Positions 40,306 to 49,438 of a stretch of 64,000 nt of DNA are shown one piece after another. The notes under the pieces were generated by a model, which searched no databases, was not told where the DNA came from, and saw only the letters and a program-made list of their open reading frames with translations. Each line of letters begins with the position of its first letter. Position 1 is the stretch's first letter. This DNA comes from an uncultured delta proteobacterium (GTDB taxonomy: Bacteria > Myxococcota > Myxococcia > Myxococcales > Myxococcaceae): positions 768,001 through 832,000 of the forward strand of contig CAVZMH010000016.1 of the NCBI GenBank assembly GCA_963776345.1, in the 5' to 3' direction. The position numbers and the translations under genes were made by a program.

Positions 40306-40409
40306 GACTATCCGGGCCATCGCTGAGTCGCGTCGGCGTCGGTGCTTCGACGACTGACGCGGCGTGGAACTTCAGCAATCTGCCGGAAGAGGCTCCTCGT
40401 GCTTCGCCA

Positions 40410-41493
40410 TGGGAAGGCCGCTAGTGCTTCGGAGCGCTTGGCGGGACAACGCTCGGTCTGACGTCGAAGAGGTCGAGGATTGGCGCGACCGATTCATCCT
40501 GTCCGCGAGAACGCGCTTCGAGCGCGGCTCGAGGTCGACGAAGCGCTCGGCGGGCAGATTCGGAAGCTGAAGCAGAAGGTCGGCGAGCTGGTGCTCGAGA
40601 ACGACGTTCTGCGGGAGGCGACCAAGGACCGCCCTTTAGTGCCGAAGACCCGGACGAGTGAGGGCGGCGATGCTGAACTCTCGGAGCGTCGCGAGTCGCT
40701 TCCTCCACGTGGCGAGGTCACGACCGCGTCGGCCGGCGCGGTCAGCTCAGCTGATGCTCGACGAGCTTCTGGTTGGGCGCATCAAGTCGCTCATCCACGA
40801 GCACCCGACATTCGGTTACCGGCGCGTCTGGGCCATGCTGCGCTTCCGCCAGGGCGTTCGCGTCAACCGGAAGACTGTCTACCGAGTGCTGGAGCAGAAG
40901 CGCTGGTTTGTTCATCAGCGCACCTGGACGCCCCGGCCGCGCGTGCATGGGAGACGGAGCGAGGCCGAGCAGAGCAACGAGCGCTGGGCGATGGACATGA
41001 CGCACGTGCCTTGTGGCCGCGACGGCTGGGCTCACTTGGCAGCCGTCATCGACTGCCACGACCGGGAAATCATCGGCTACGAGTTTGCCCTCCGTGGGCG
41101 CGCCAAGGAGGCGGAGCGGGCCATAGGACGCTGCACGCTCGCTTCGGTACGCTGCGTCCCGAGGGACAGACTCCGTTGCTCCGGAGCGACAACGATCTCA
41201 TCTTCCAGAACCGGCGCTTCCGGGCCGCATGCCGCGACTACCGGCTTCGGCAGGAATTCATCACGCTCTACACGCCAGAGCAGAACGGGCTGGTCGAACG
41301 CTTCGTTCGCAGCCTCAAGGAGGAGTGCGTCTGGCAGCGGAACTTCGAGAACTTCGGCGAGGCGCGTCTCGCCATCGCGCGCTGGATCCACTGGTACAAC
41401 GCCGGCCGCCCGCACCAGGCGCTCGGCTACAGGAGCCCGAGGGAATACCGAGCAGAAGTCTCACGTGTGGCTTGATCTCGGGGGAGCACTACA
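40410..41493 (+). mobile_element. Degenerate IS3-family element (frameshifted orfA/orfB, right inverted repeat retained)
   Basis: KLKQKVGELVLENDVLREA; FGYRRV, WAMDMT, IDCHDRE, RSDN, PEQNGLVERF, YNAGRPHQALGY; ends ...GGGAGCACTACA. No left inverted repeat seen. Confidence 0.88.
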
Positions 41494-41761
41494 CTGCTCC
41501 CCAACAAGCCTACAGCGTCAATGGCGACGCCTCTTGAGCGTATCGGCTCCGTCACACCAACGGATCCGATTCTCGAGATCGTTCGGGCTTTCCAGCAGCA
41601 GTGACTTCAGAGAGCTCTCTTCTGACGATCCTCTTTCCCACCCTGCACCGCTCAGCCGCTCAGCCGTACCCGTTCGACGAAGGCCGTGCTGACGGTGCCG
41701 GATGCGGCTGCTACACCGCCGCGCGATGCTGCTCGAGCGCGCCCAGCGAGATCTGGCGGAA

Positions 41762-41923
41762 GAGGAAGAGACCGCGCGCAAGGTCGCGGCGCGGCGCGGG
41801 AAGCCGGTGATCCTCCGCGTCGCCGCGGCGAAGATGCACGCCGCGGGGTTGGTGTTCTTTCGCTCCGAGAACGGGGTGTGGCTGACCGACGCGGTGCCGG
41901 CCGAGTTCCTCGCCTTCCCGTGA
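41762..41923 (+). pseudogene. kptA: C-terminal fragment of RNA 2'-phosphotransferase (KptA/Tpt1)
   Basis: ETARKVAARRGKPVILRVAAAKMHAAGLVFFRSENGVWLTDAVPAEFL; the N-terminal part is missing. Confidence 0.75.
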
Positions 41924-41929
41924 GCCCAC

Positions 41930-42436
41930 TCACCCGCGCAGGGTGAGCAGCGCCTCGAGCTGGTCGAGCGTCTCGCTCATGTCGCCGCTGGTGCTTCCGG
42001 AGGCGATCGCCTCGTCGAGCGCGGCCTTCGAGGGATAGCGATCGGTCAGCACCAGCAGCGTCTTGCCGCCCTTCTCCTCGAAGGTCACGGTGGTGACCGC
42101 CCCGTATTCACCGCCCTCTTCGTTGGTCCAGGAGAGGCGCGAGTGCGGCTTCACCTCGAGGTAGCGGCCGAAGAACTCGTTCGGCGACGAGGCCGGACCG
42201 AACACCAGCTTGTACCTGCCTCCCACCCGAACGTCGGTCTCGCAGGAGAGGAGCACGATGCCCAACGACTTCGGGACCCACCACTGCTGGAACAGCTCGG
42301 CCTTGGTGAACGCCTCGAACACCAGGCGCGCCGGAGCGTTGACCGTTCGGGTGACCACGAGCTCGCGCTCGGACTTCCGTTCGGCGGTGGTGAGGTTCTT
42401 CACGGGGGCGGGCTCACTCTCTCTTCTTGCGTCCAT
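41930..42436 (-). CDS. SRPBCC (AHSA1-like) protein
   Basis: RELVVTRTVNAPARLVFEAFT, DVRVGGRY, VTTVTFEEKGGKT. Confidence 0.9.
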   Translation of the reverse strand: MDARRESEPAPVKNLTTAERKSERELVVTRTVNAPARLVFEAFTKAELFQQWWVPKSLGIVLLSCETDVRVGGRYKLVFGPASSPNEFFGRYLEVKPHSRLSWTNEEGGEYGAVTTVTFEEKGGKTLLVLTDRYPSKAALDEAIASGSTSGDMSETLDQLEALLTLRG

Positions 42437-42779
42437 TGAACTTCTCCTTGGTTTTGAGCTCTTCGACAACCTTGTCCAGCTCGTCGAAACGTGCGGCCCA
42501 GAGCTGGCGGTGGGCCTCGATCCAGGCGGTCTCCTCTTCCAGCCGACGCGGACCGAGCTTGCAGGTGCGCACCCGTCCGATCTTCTCGGTGGCGACCAGC
42601 CCCGCCTGCTCCAGGACCCCGACGTGCTTCTTCATCCCGGTGAGGGTCATCTGGAACTTGTCGGCCAGCTCGGTGATCGACGCGTCACCGCGCCCGAGCT
42701 GCGCGAGGACGCCGCGCCGGGTGGCGTCGGCGAGCGCGGAGAACGAGGCGTCGAGGCGGGCGTTGAGAGACTGAGCCAT
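42414..42779 (-). CDS. ArsR/SmtB family transcriptional regulator
   Basis: FSALADATRRGVL, MKKHVGVLEQAGLV, GRVRTC. Confidence 0.9.
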   Translation of the reverse strand: MAQSLNARLDASFSALADATRRGVLAQLGRGDASITELADKFQMTLTGMKKHVGVLEQAGLVATEKIGRVRTCKLGPRRLEEETAWIEAHRQLWAARFDELDKVVEELKTKEKFNGRKKRE

Positions 42780-42789
42780 GTGGTTCAGT
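42770..42789. promoter_or_regulatory. Palindromic operator overlapping the ArsR start codon (probably autoregulatory)
   Basis: ACTGAGCCA-TG-TGGTTCAGT (9-2-9, one mismatch). Confidence 0.65.
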
Positions 42790-42980
42790 ATTAGCGCGCC
42801 CCCTCACCGCGCGCAAGGGCAGGACGCAAACGCACGCAGCCGCGCTTGGCCTGAGCGCGAGAGTGCTCAGCCGGTCATGCTCAAGACGGGGTTCGTGCAG
42901 CGGGTACGCCGTGTTGCGCGGCGAGAAGGCTCCCGACGACGCCCTGGCCCGCGAGCTGGGCGCGATGGGGCTGCTCTGAG

Positions 42981-43532
42981 TCAGCGCGCGCGCCGGTAGT
43001 GCATGGCGACCGCGCCGCTGCGGAGCGGCTTCGCCGAGACCAGCTCGAGCCGTCGCGTGCTGGGCAGCCCGCTCTGGTACAGGGTCGGGCCGTGGCCGGC
43101 GATCCTGGGGTGGACGAGGAACTTGTACTCGTCGATCACCAGCATCCAGCCGGTCCAGCTCGGTCGCGAGCTTGCCGCTACCGAGGAGCACGCCGGCCGG
43201 GGTCGCGTCCTTGAGCTTCTGCACGCCCGTGCGCAGGTCGCCGGCGATGTGGTGGCTGTTGGTCCACGGGAAGTCCTTTCGCGTCGACGACACCACGTAC
43301 TTCGGCTTTGCCTCCAGCTTGACCGCCCACTCGCGCATCGCCGGCGGCGCCTCCTCGTCGCCGCGGGCGACCGCCGGCCAGTAGCTCTCCATCATCTGCG
43401 GCCCCACAGCATCGCCCCGCCCTCGTCCATGAGGCGGGTGAAGAACGCGTGTGTCTCGTCGTCGGCGATTCCCTCCCGGTGGTCGACGCAGCGGTCCAGG
43501 GTGACGTTGATGCTGAAGGTCAAGAGTCCCAT
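42981..43532 (-). pseudogene. RibD C-terminal/dihydrofolate reductase family pseudogene
   Basis: MGLLTFSINVTLD..., KPKYVVSST, GSGKLA, IDEYKFLVHPRIAGHG; multi-base indels near 43397 and 43140. Confidence 0.8.
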
Positions 43533-43857
43533 GCGGCGAGTCTAAGCCATACAATCGCTCGCGGATGTCCTGGCGCCTGTGCTTGTCGGTCGAGACGATC
43601 CTCCGCCTGACCCCGGCGGAGCTGGGCTCGACCGTCTTCTCGATCGCCGGGTTGTGCGCCGCCCACGCGTGCCTGCGCCACGATCGCGTTCAACCACCGA
43701 TGCTCGGACGGTTACTCTTTCCCAACTATTCGGTTCCGGAGAACGGACAGAGAATCGAAATGCACTTGACCTGCCCGGGAAGGTTCGGACCACCTGAAGC
43801 GTAAGAGCATGCGCCACCGGCAGCCGACGGAGAGGCGATGACCAGGAGCAGAGAGCG

Positions 43858-45060
43858 TCAGCGAACGAGCATCTCGTGCTCTCCCCTCGTCGGCGCCTCG
43901 GTCTCCGGGCTCCAGTCGATGGTGGCCATCAGCTTCTTCTTCCGCCGCGCGACGTCCCGGTCGAGGAAGGCGACGGCCTCCTCCATCCGGTCCATCAGGC
44001 GCATCGGGGTCCGGCGCGCGCCCGTGGAGAACAGGGCGTGGGTCAGCCAGGGGAACACCGCGGTCACGTCGGTGTGCACGTAGACCGAGCCGGACTCCAC
44101 CGCCTCCACCGAGACCTTGCCCCAGGTGTGGCCCTCCCCCGCCGGACAGCTGGAGAGCGCGCCGTTGTCCACCGGGTCCACGCAGAACTGGAGATCGATG
44201 TCGAAGCCGGTGGTGGGGACGGAGAGGATCTGGTCGAGCAGCGGCTCGCCCTGGAGGGTGTAGTTCTTCGGCACGCCGCCCCCGAGGATCCAGATCGCCA
44301 GCTTCTCGCTCCCGCGGTGCCGGCAGAAGTGCTGCATCGCCGCCATGGAGTAGACGTCGTCGTTGATGTCCAGCTCGAACTTGAACTCGGGCCCCAGCAG
44401 CCGCTTCAGCTTCACCACGTTGAGGAAGATGCTCCCGTCCTGCACCGCGCCCACCCAGATGGGCACCGCGTGCTTGTAGGCGGTGGCGAGGAGCGAGGGC
44501 TGCTTCACCCCCAGCGAGCGCTCGATGCCGTGCACCGCCTTGCCCAGGAGGTAGTGGAACTCGGGGGTGGTCATCTTCCGCTGGAACTCGGGACGGCGGA
44601 TGACCGCGCTGAAGAGCCGGTCGGTGTCGAGCAGCGCCTCCTCCCAGAAGCCCAGGTCGTAGATGCGGATGATGCGGGCCAGCCGCATCTGGAGGTCGCC
44701 GGCGTTGGGGTTCACCTCGCGGATGGCGTGCCCGATGATGCGGTGGGCGTCGTGGTACAGGTTCGCGCCGGTGGTGGTCATCGCGCTGACGATGCCCCGC
44801 TCGATGAGGGGGATGAGGCAGCTCTGGTGCAGCCCCGCCGGGGTCATCGCGCCGGAGAGGGTGAGGAAGATGCTGCAGTCCTCGGCCACGCTCCGCTGCA
44901 TCAGCTCGAAGGCCGTCCGTTCCTGCCGCCCCACGTAGGCCCCGAAGGCGTGGGCGAGGAGCTCCGACGGCTTCTCCCGTCCAGTGATGGGCCGGGGATC
45001 GACGCTGCGGGACTTGGCGTAGGCGGCACGCAGGCCGCGGCGCTGGGAGGGCTTGGGCAT
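43858..45060 (-). CDS. Deoxyhypusine synthase-like protein (possible homospermidine synthase)
   Basis: LSGAMTPAG, TTGANLYHD, RIYD, GGGVPKN, GALSS...EGHTWGKV (active-site Lys retained). Confidence 0.9.
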   Translation of the reverse strand: MPKPSQRRGLRAAYAKSRSVDPRPITGREKPSELLAHAFGAYVGRQERTAFELMQRSVAEDCSIFLTLSGAMTPAGLHQSCLIPLIERGIVSAMTTTGANLYHDAHRIIGHAIREVNPNAGDLQMRLARIIRIYDLGFWEEALLDTDRLFSAVIRRPEFQRKMTTPEFHYLLGKAVHGIERSLGVKQPSLLATAYKHAVPIWVGAVQDGSIFLNVVKLKRLLGPEFKFELDINDDVYSMAAMQHFCRHRGSEKLAIWILGGGVPKNYTLQGEPLLDQILSVPTTGFDIDLQFCVDPVDNGALSSCPAGEGHTWGKVSVEAVESGSVYVHTDVTAVFPWLTHALFSTGARRTPMRLMDRMEEAVAFLDRDVARRKKKLMATIDWSPETEAPTRGEHEMLVR

Positions 45061-45141
45061 GGCGGGGCCGACTATCACGAATGGCTTTGCTCCGGAGGGG
45101 CGGATACGGAAGCATCCCCGGCCTTCCAGGGAGGGCGGGAC

Positions 45142-46455
45142 ATGCCGAGCCGTCGAGGGTGGGTGGTGGTGCTGTCACTGGTCTGTGGCGCGGCGCGGGC
45201 GGCCGCCCCGGCTCCGGCCCCGGCTCCGGTGACCGTCATCCGGGCGGGGGTGCTGATCGACGGGGTGTCGGGCTCTCCGAGGACGAACCAGGTCATCGTC
45301 ATCCGGGGGAACCGGATCGAGAGCGTGGGCGGCGGAGGAGTCCCCGCCGGCGCGAAGGTGATCGACCTCTCCGGGGCGACGGTGCTTCCCGGGCTCATCG
45401 ACTCGCACACCCACGTCCTGCTGCACGGCGAGGAGGCGGCGGAGGGCGGCTACGACGCCCAGCTGCTCAAGGAGCCCATCGCCTACCGCGCCGCCCGGGC
45501 CACCGTCGCGGTGCGCCGGGCGCTGGAGCAGGGCTTCACCACCATCCGTGACATCGACACCGAGGGCGCAGGCTACGGCGACGTGGGCATCAAGCGGGCG
45601 ATCGAGGAGGGCATCATCCCCGGCCCCCGGATGTTCGTCGCCACCCGCGGCATCTCCAGCACCGGCGGCTACCCGCTCGAGGACTACGCGCCGGAGGTGG
45701 CCGTGCCCAAGGGCGTGCAGATCGCCGACGGCCCCGTGGAGGCGCGCAAGGCGGCCCGCGAGCAGCTCGACCACGGCGCGGACTGGGTCAAGGTCTACAT
45801 GACCCACCGCTCGTGGGTGGACGCCGGAGGGAACCTCTTCTCCCAGCCGACCTTCACCGTCGAGGAGCTGAAGGCCATCGTGGACGAGGTGCACGGCTGG
45901 GGGAAGAAGGTCGCCTGCCACGCCTACGGGGGCATCGGGCTGAAGCGCGCGCTCGACGGCGGCTGTGACTCGATCGAGCACGGCCTGGAGCTGGACGACG
46001 CGGCCGTGGCGCAGATGGTGAAGCAGGGCACCTGGCTCTGCCCGACGATCGCGGCCTACTACCACGCGTGGGAGCCCGAGGGGACGCCGGGCGGCAAGCG
46101 CGACCGGAAGCGCGTCGAGGTGCACGGGCCGTCGTTCCGCCGGGCGGTGAAGGCCGGGGTGAAGATCGCCTTCGGGAGCGACACCGGCGGCTTCTCCTGG
46201 AGCGAGCCGATGGCCCAGGAGTTCCCGCGGATGGTCGAGTTCGGGATGACGCCGATGGGCGCCATCCAGGCCGCGACCTCGCGGGCGTCCGAGCTGCTGG
46301 GGATGAAGGGACAGATCGGCGTCGTGGCGCCCGGCGCCTACGCGGACCTCATCGCGGTGACCGGCGATCCGCTGAAGGACGTGCGGGTCCTGGAGAAGGT
46401 CGGCTTCGTGATGAAGGACGGGAAGGTCTTCAAGGAGATGCCGGCCTCCCGCTGA
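45142..46455 (+). CDS. Secreted metal-dependent amidohydrolase (Xaa-Pro dipeptidase-like)
   Basis: Signal peptide; PGLIDSHTH, GFTTIRD, ACHAYG, SIEHG, FGSD, ADLIAV. Confidence 0.9.
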   Translation: MPSRRGWVVVLSLVCGAARAAAPAPAPAPVTVIRAGVLIDGVSGSPRTNQVIVIRGNRIESVGGGGVPAGAKVIDLSGATVLPGLIDSHTHVLLHGEEAAEGGYDAQLLKEPIAYRAARATVAVRRALEQGFTTIRDIDTEGAGYGDVGIKRAIEEGIIPGPRMFVATRGISSTGGYPLEDYAPEVAVPKGVQIADGPVEARKAAREQLDHGADWVKVYMTHRSWVDAGGNLFSQPTFTVEELKAIVDEVHGWGKKVACHAYGGIGLKRALDGGCDSIEHGLELDDAAVAQMVKQGTWLCPTIAAYYHAWEPEGTPGGKRDRKRVEVHGPSFRRAVKAGVKIAFGSDTGGFSWSEPMAQEFPRMVEFGMTPMGAIQAATSRASELLGMKGQIGVVAPGAYADLIAVTGDPLKDVRVLEKVGFVMKDGKVFKEMPASR

Positions 46456-46499
46456 ACGGCATCCAGGAGAGCCGCTCGCTTCCCGAGCGCAGGGCCGAG

Positions 46500-46546
46500 G
46501 AAAGAAAGGAAACTCACCTGTCTATTTCGGGGAAATAGTCAGGTGA
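46500..46546 (-). terminator. Intrinsic terminator-like hairpin with T-rich tail
   Basis: On the + strand TCACCTG-T-CTATTTC-GGG-GAAATAG-T-CAGGTGA; on the - strand it is followed by GTTTCCTTTCTTT. It lies between convergent genes. Confidence 0.6.
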
Positions 46547-46708
46547 CTTGCCTGACCATCCGGCCCCTTGTCCCGGCGCACCCCAGGAGCGCCAGAGGTC
46601 GAGGGGGGCCGCCCGCTCCTGCCCGGGGGCCGGACACCGGAGCCCCGATGTCCTCGGGGCCGGGAGCGAGCGTCCTCCGACCTCGCGTGTCGGAGCTCGC
46701 CTCGGCGC

Positions 46709-47035
46709 TCAGGGCAGTGGTCGCGTCATGCGGCCCCGCGGCCCGATCCGCTTCCGGATCTCCTTCGGCACCCGCTGGAGGAGCTCGCGGTGATCGCGCA
46801 GACCCACGCACTCGCGCTGGACCAGGAGCATCCACAGCCGCTCGGCGGTGAGGTCGCGGAGCTCGAGGCGCCGGGCGAGCTGCCCCTCGATCGACGGGAG
46901 CGCGGGAAGCTCTCCGGCCTCGTGCGCCTGCCACGCCTCGAGCGCCTTCTCGAACAGGTCCGCGATGCGCATCAGGGCGGAGGCGCGCTCGGCCTGGAGG
47001 TCGCGCTCCAGCGCCTGCATCGGGTCCCGGCTCAT
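46709..47035 (-). CDS. Small helical hypothetical protein (DUF6665-like)
   Basis: QAERASAL...LWMLLVQRECVGLRDH...VPKEI; starts 10 nt after the Rrf2 stop. Confidence 0.6.
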   Translation of the reverse strand: MSRDPMQALERDLQAERASALMRIADLFEKALEAWQAHEAGELPALPSIEGQLARRLELRDLTAERLWMLLVQRECVGLRDHRELLQRVPKEIRKRIGPRGRMTRPLP

Positions 47036-47045
47036 CGGAACAGCC

Positions 47046-47516
47046 CTACGCGCCCGCCGCCGCGGCCGGAGGAGGCACCACCGTCAGCTCGGGCGCCTTC
47101 AGCTCGGCCATGGCCAGCTGGTCGAGCGTGGCGGCCCGGTAGACGTCGAGCATCTTCTCCTGCCCGCGCTTCCAGACGCCGTAGAGCGTGCAGCCGCGCG
47201 ACAGCCGGCAGGCGTCGTGACCGTCCTGGCAGAGGTTGACCACCACCGGGCCCTCGACCGCCTCGATGACCTCGAGGAAGGAGATCTCCCGCGCCGGCCG
47301 GCCGAGCCGATATCCGCCCCGGGCGCCGCGGGTGCTCAACGCCAGCTCGCGGGTGACGAGCTGCTTGAGGATCTTGGCCAGGAAGTCCTGGGGGACGTTC
47401 ATCCGCCGGGCGATCTCCCGGAACGGCATCACCCGGCCCTCCGGCTGGGCGGCCAGGCACACCATGGCCCGGAGCCCGTACTCGATGCGGCGGGAGATCT
47501 GGAGGGGGTGCTGCAT
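47046..47516 (-). CDS. Rrf2 family regulator with three Cys (IscR/NsrR-like)
   Basis: YGLRAM, FLAKIL, RGARGGY, EVIEAVEG, C-x6-C-x5-C. Confidence 0.92.
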   Translation of the reverse strand: MQHPLQISRRIEYGLRAMVCLAAQPEGRVMPFREIARRMNVPQDFLAKILKQLVTRELALSTRGARGGYRLGRPAREISFLEVIEAVEGPVVVNLCQDGHDACRLSRGCTLYGVWKRGQEKMLDVYRAATLDQLAMAELKAPELTVVPPPAAAAGA

Positions 47517-47523
47517 GGCGAAT

Positions 47524-47579
47524 CTGCTTGAGAATTCGAGCAGTTGAGGGATTATAGGCCCCGGCGGTCCACATTTCAA
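47524..47579 (-). promoter_or_regulatory. Sigma70 promoter plus palindromic operator for the Rrf2 gene
   Basis: Minus strand TTGAAA-N17-TATAAT (47579-47551); inverted repeat CTGCTTGA-GAAT-TCGAGCAG (47524-47543). Confidence 0.7.
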
Positions 47580-47601
47580 CGCGCCGGGCCGCCGCCTGGC
47601 G

Positions 47602-48426
47602 ATGATCGACCTGCATTCGCACACCACGGCCAGCGACGGCGAGCTCTCCCCGGAGGACCTGCTGGCCCGCGCCCGCGCGGCCGGGGTGACCACGCTGGCG
47701 GTCACCGACCACGACACGGTGAAGGGCCTGGCCCGCGCACAGGCCGCCGCCGATGCCCAGGGCATCCGGCTGGTCCCGGGCATCGAGGTCTCGACCGAGG
47801 CCGACGGCCGGGAGATGCATGTCCTCGGCCACTTCGTCGATCCGACGGAGCCCGGCCTCGCCAGCTACTCCCACCGGCTCGGGGACGAGCGCGCCGTGCG
47901 CATGGGCCGGATGGTCGAGCGGCTGAACCAGCTCGGGTTTCCCATCAGCCTCGAGGAGGTGGAGCGCATCGCCGCCGGGGCCCACCTCGGCCGCCCCCAC
48001 CTCGCGCTCGCCCTGCTCGCCCGCGGGTTCGTGACCTCGACCCGCGAGGCGTTCGACCGCTTTCTCGCCGACGGCAAGCCGGCGTACGTGGGCCGCTTCC
48101 GGCTCCCCGCCGAGGACGCCATCGCCATGCTCCACCGCGCGGGCGGGACGGCGACCGTGGCCCACCCGGGCTCCAGCAAGGTCTCGAGCTACACGCTGGA
48201 GCGCCTGGCGAAGGCCGGCCTCGACGGTCTGGAGATCTTCCACCCCGACCACGTGCCGAGCCAGCGCGACGCCTTCCTCCGCCAGGCGGACGCGCTGGGC
48301 CTCGTGCCCACCGCCGGCAGCGACTACCACGGCCCGCGGGTGACGCCCGACCGCTCTCTGGGGATGGTGTCGCTCGATCCCTCACTCCTTGCACGCCTGG
48401 AGGCACGGGCCGCTTCCCGGCGTTGA
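47602..48426 (+). CDS. PHP domain protein
   Basis: DLHSHTTASDG, TDHD, HVLG, GRPH, AHP, GSDYHG. Confidence 0.92.
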   Translation: MIDLHSHTTASDGELSPEDLLARARAAGVTTLAVTDHDTVKGLARAQAAADAQGIRLVPGIEVSTEADGREMHVLGHFVDPTEPGLASYSHRLGDERAVRMGRMVERLNQLGFPISLEEVERIAAGAHLGRPHLALALLARGFVTSTREAFDRFLADGKPAYVGRFRLPAEDAIAMLHRAGGTATVAHPGSSKVSSYTLERLAKAGLDGLEIFHPDHVPSQRDAFLRQADALGLVPTAGSDYHGPRVTPDRSLGMVSLDPSLLARLEARAASRR

Positions 48427-48464
48427 CACTCCCGGGTGCCCCGTCGTTCTATGCGCCCGCCCCG

Positions 48465-48842
48465 ATGACCCCCACCGACGCACTCTCCCCGTATGGACCG
48501 CTGCTGGCGGTGTTGCTCCTCGCCGGCGGCCTGGGCACCCTGGTGAGCTTCATGTCCGCGCTCCTCGGCCCGCGGCGCCCCTCGGCCGTCAAGTCGACGG
48601 TGTTCGAGGCGGGGAGCGAGCCGTCGCCGGGCACCGCCCGGCAGCGCTTCGCGGTGAAGTTCTACGTGGTCGCCCTGCTCTTCATCGTCTTCGACGTGGA
48701 GACGGTGTTCCTCTACCCCTGGGCGGTGAACTTCAAGGCACTGGGCTGGTTCGGCTACATGGAGATGCTGGTCTTCGCCGTCACGCTGGTCATCGGTCTG
48801 GCCTACGTGTGGAAGAAGGGCGCGCTGGACTGGGAGAGCTAG
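48465..48842 (+). CDS. nuoA: NADH-quinone oxidoreductase subunit A
   Basis: FEAG, KFYVVALLFIVFDVE, WKKGALDW. Confidence 0.95.
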   Translation: MTPTDALSPYGPLLAVLLLAGGLGTLVSFMSALLGPRRPSAVKSTVFEAGSEPSPGTARQRFAVKFYVVALLFIVFDVETVFLYPWAVNFKALGWFGYMEMLVFAVTLVIGLAYVWKKGALDWES

Positions 48843-48850
48843 AGAGGACC

Positions 48851-49438
48851 ATGGCCGACGTCGAGATCACCCCAGCGATCACCACCCGTCGCGACGACGC
48901 GATGGGCTTCCTCGAGCGCATGGTCAGCAAGGGACTGGGCTGGGCACGGAAGTACTCGCTCTTCACCTATCCCTTCGCCACCGCCTGCTGCGGCATGGAG
49001 TACATGTCGGTGGCGGCGAGCCGGTACGACATCGCGCGCTTCGGCGCCGAGTTCCCCCGCTTCTCGCCCCGCCAGGCGGACATGCTGATGGTGGTGGGGA
49101 CCATCAACCTCAAGCAGGCGCCGATCCTCAAGCGCGTCTACGAGCAGATGGCCGATCCGAAGTGGGTGGTCAGCTTCGGGGTGTGCGCGTCGTCGGGCGG
49201 CTTCTACGACAACTACGCGGTGCTCCAGGGCATCGACCGCATCCTCCCGGTGGACGTGTACATCCCCGGGTGCCCGCCGCGGCCGGAGCAGGTGCTCGAC
49301 GGTCTGATGCTGCTCCAGGACAAGATCCAGCGGCAGGTGCACCGCATCGGCGGCATCGGCCCGTCGGAGCCGGAGGTCGGGCTCGACCTGCTCCAGACCT
49401 ACTCGCACGAGAAGGGGCTGGGCCCGGGCAAGGCGTGA
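48851..49438 (+). CDS. nuoB: NADH-quinone oxidoreductase subunit B
   Basis: ACCGME, SPRQAD, GVCASSGG, PGCPPRPE. Confidence 0.95.
   Translation: MADVEITPAITTRRDDAMGFLERMVSKGLGWARKYSLFTYPFATACCGMEYMSVAASRYDIARFGAEFPRFSPRQADMLMVVGTINLKQAPILKRVYEQMADPKWVVSFGVCASSGGFYDNYAVLQGIDRILPVDVYIPGCPPRPEQVLDGLMLLQDKIQRQVHRIGGIGPSEPEVGLDLLQTYSHEKGLGPGKA

Noticed and set aside
43545..43850. Short ORFs between the DHFR-like pseudogene and the DHS-like gene
   Set aside because: No recognisable motifs or consistent codon bias; probably debris.
45142..46455. Amidohydrolase as the missing ureohydrolase of the polyamine pathway
   Set aside because: It has a signal peptide and a TIM-barrel dipeptidase-like signature, not an arginase fold.
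48423..48455. TTGACA promoter upstream of nuoA
   Set aside because: The -35 is perfect but there is no convincing -10 at 16-18 nt spacing, so it was not called.
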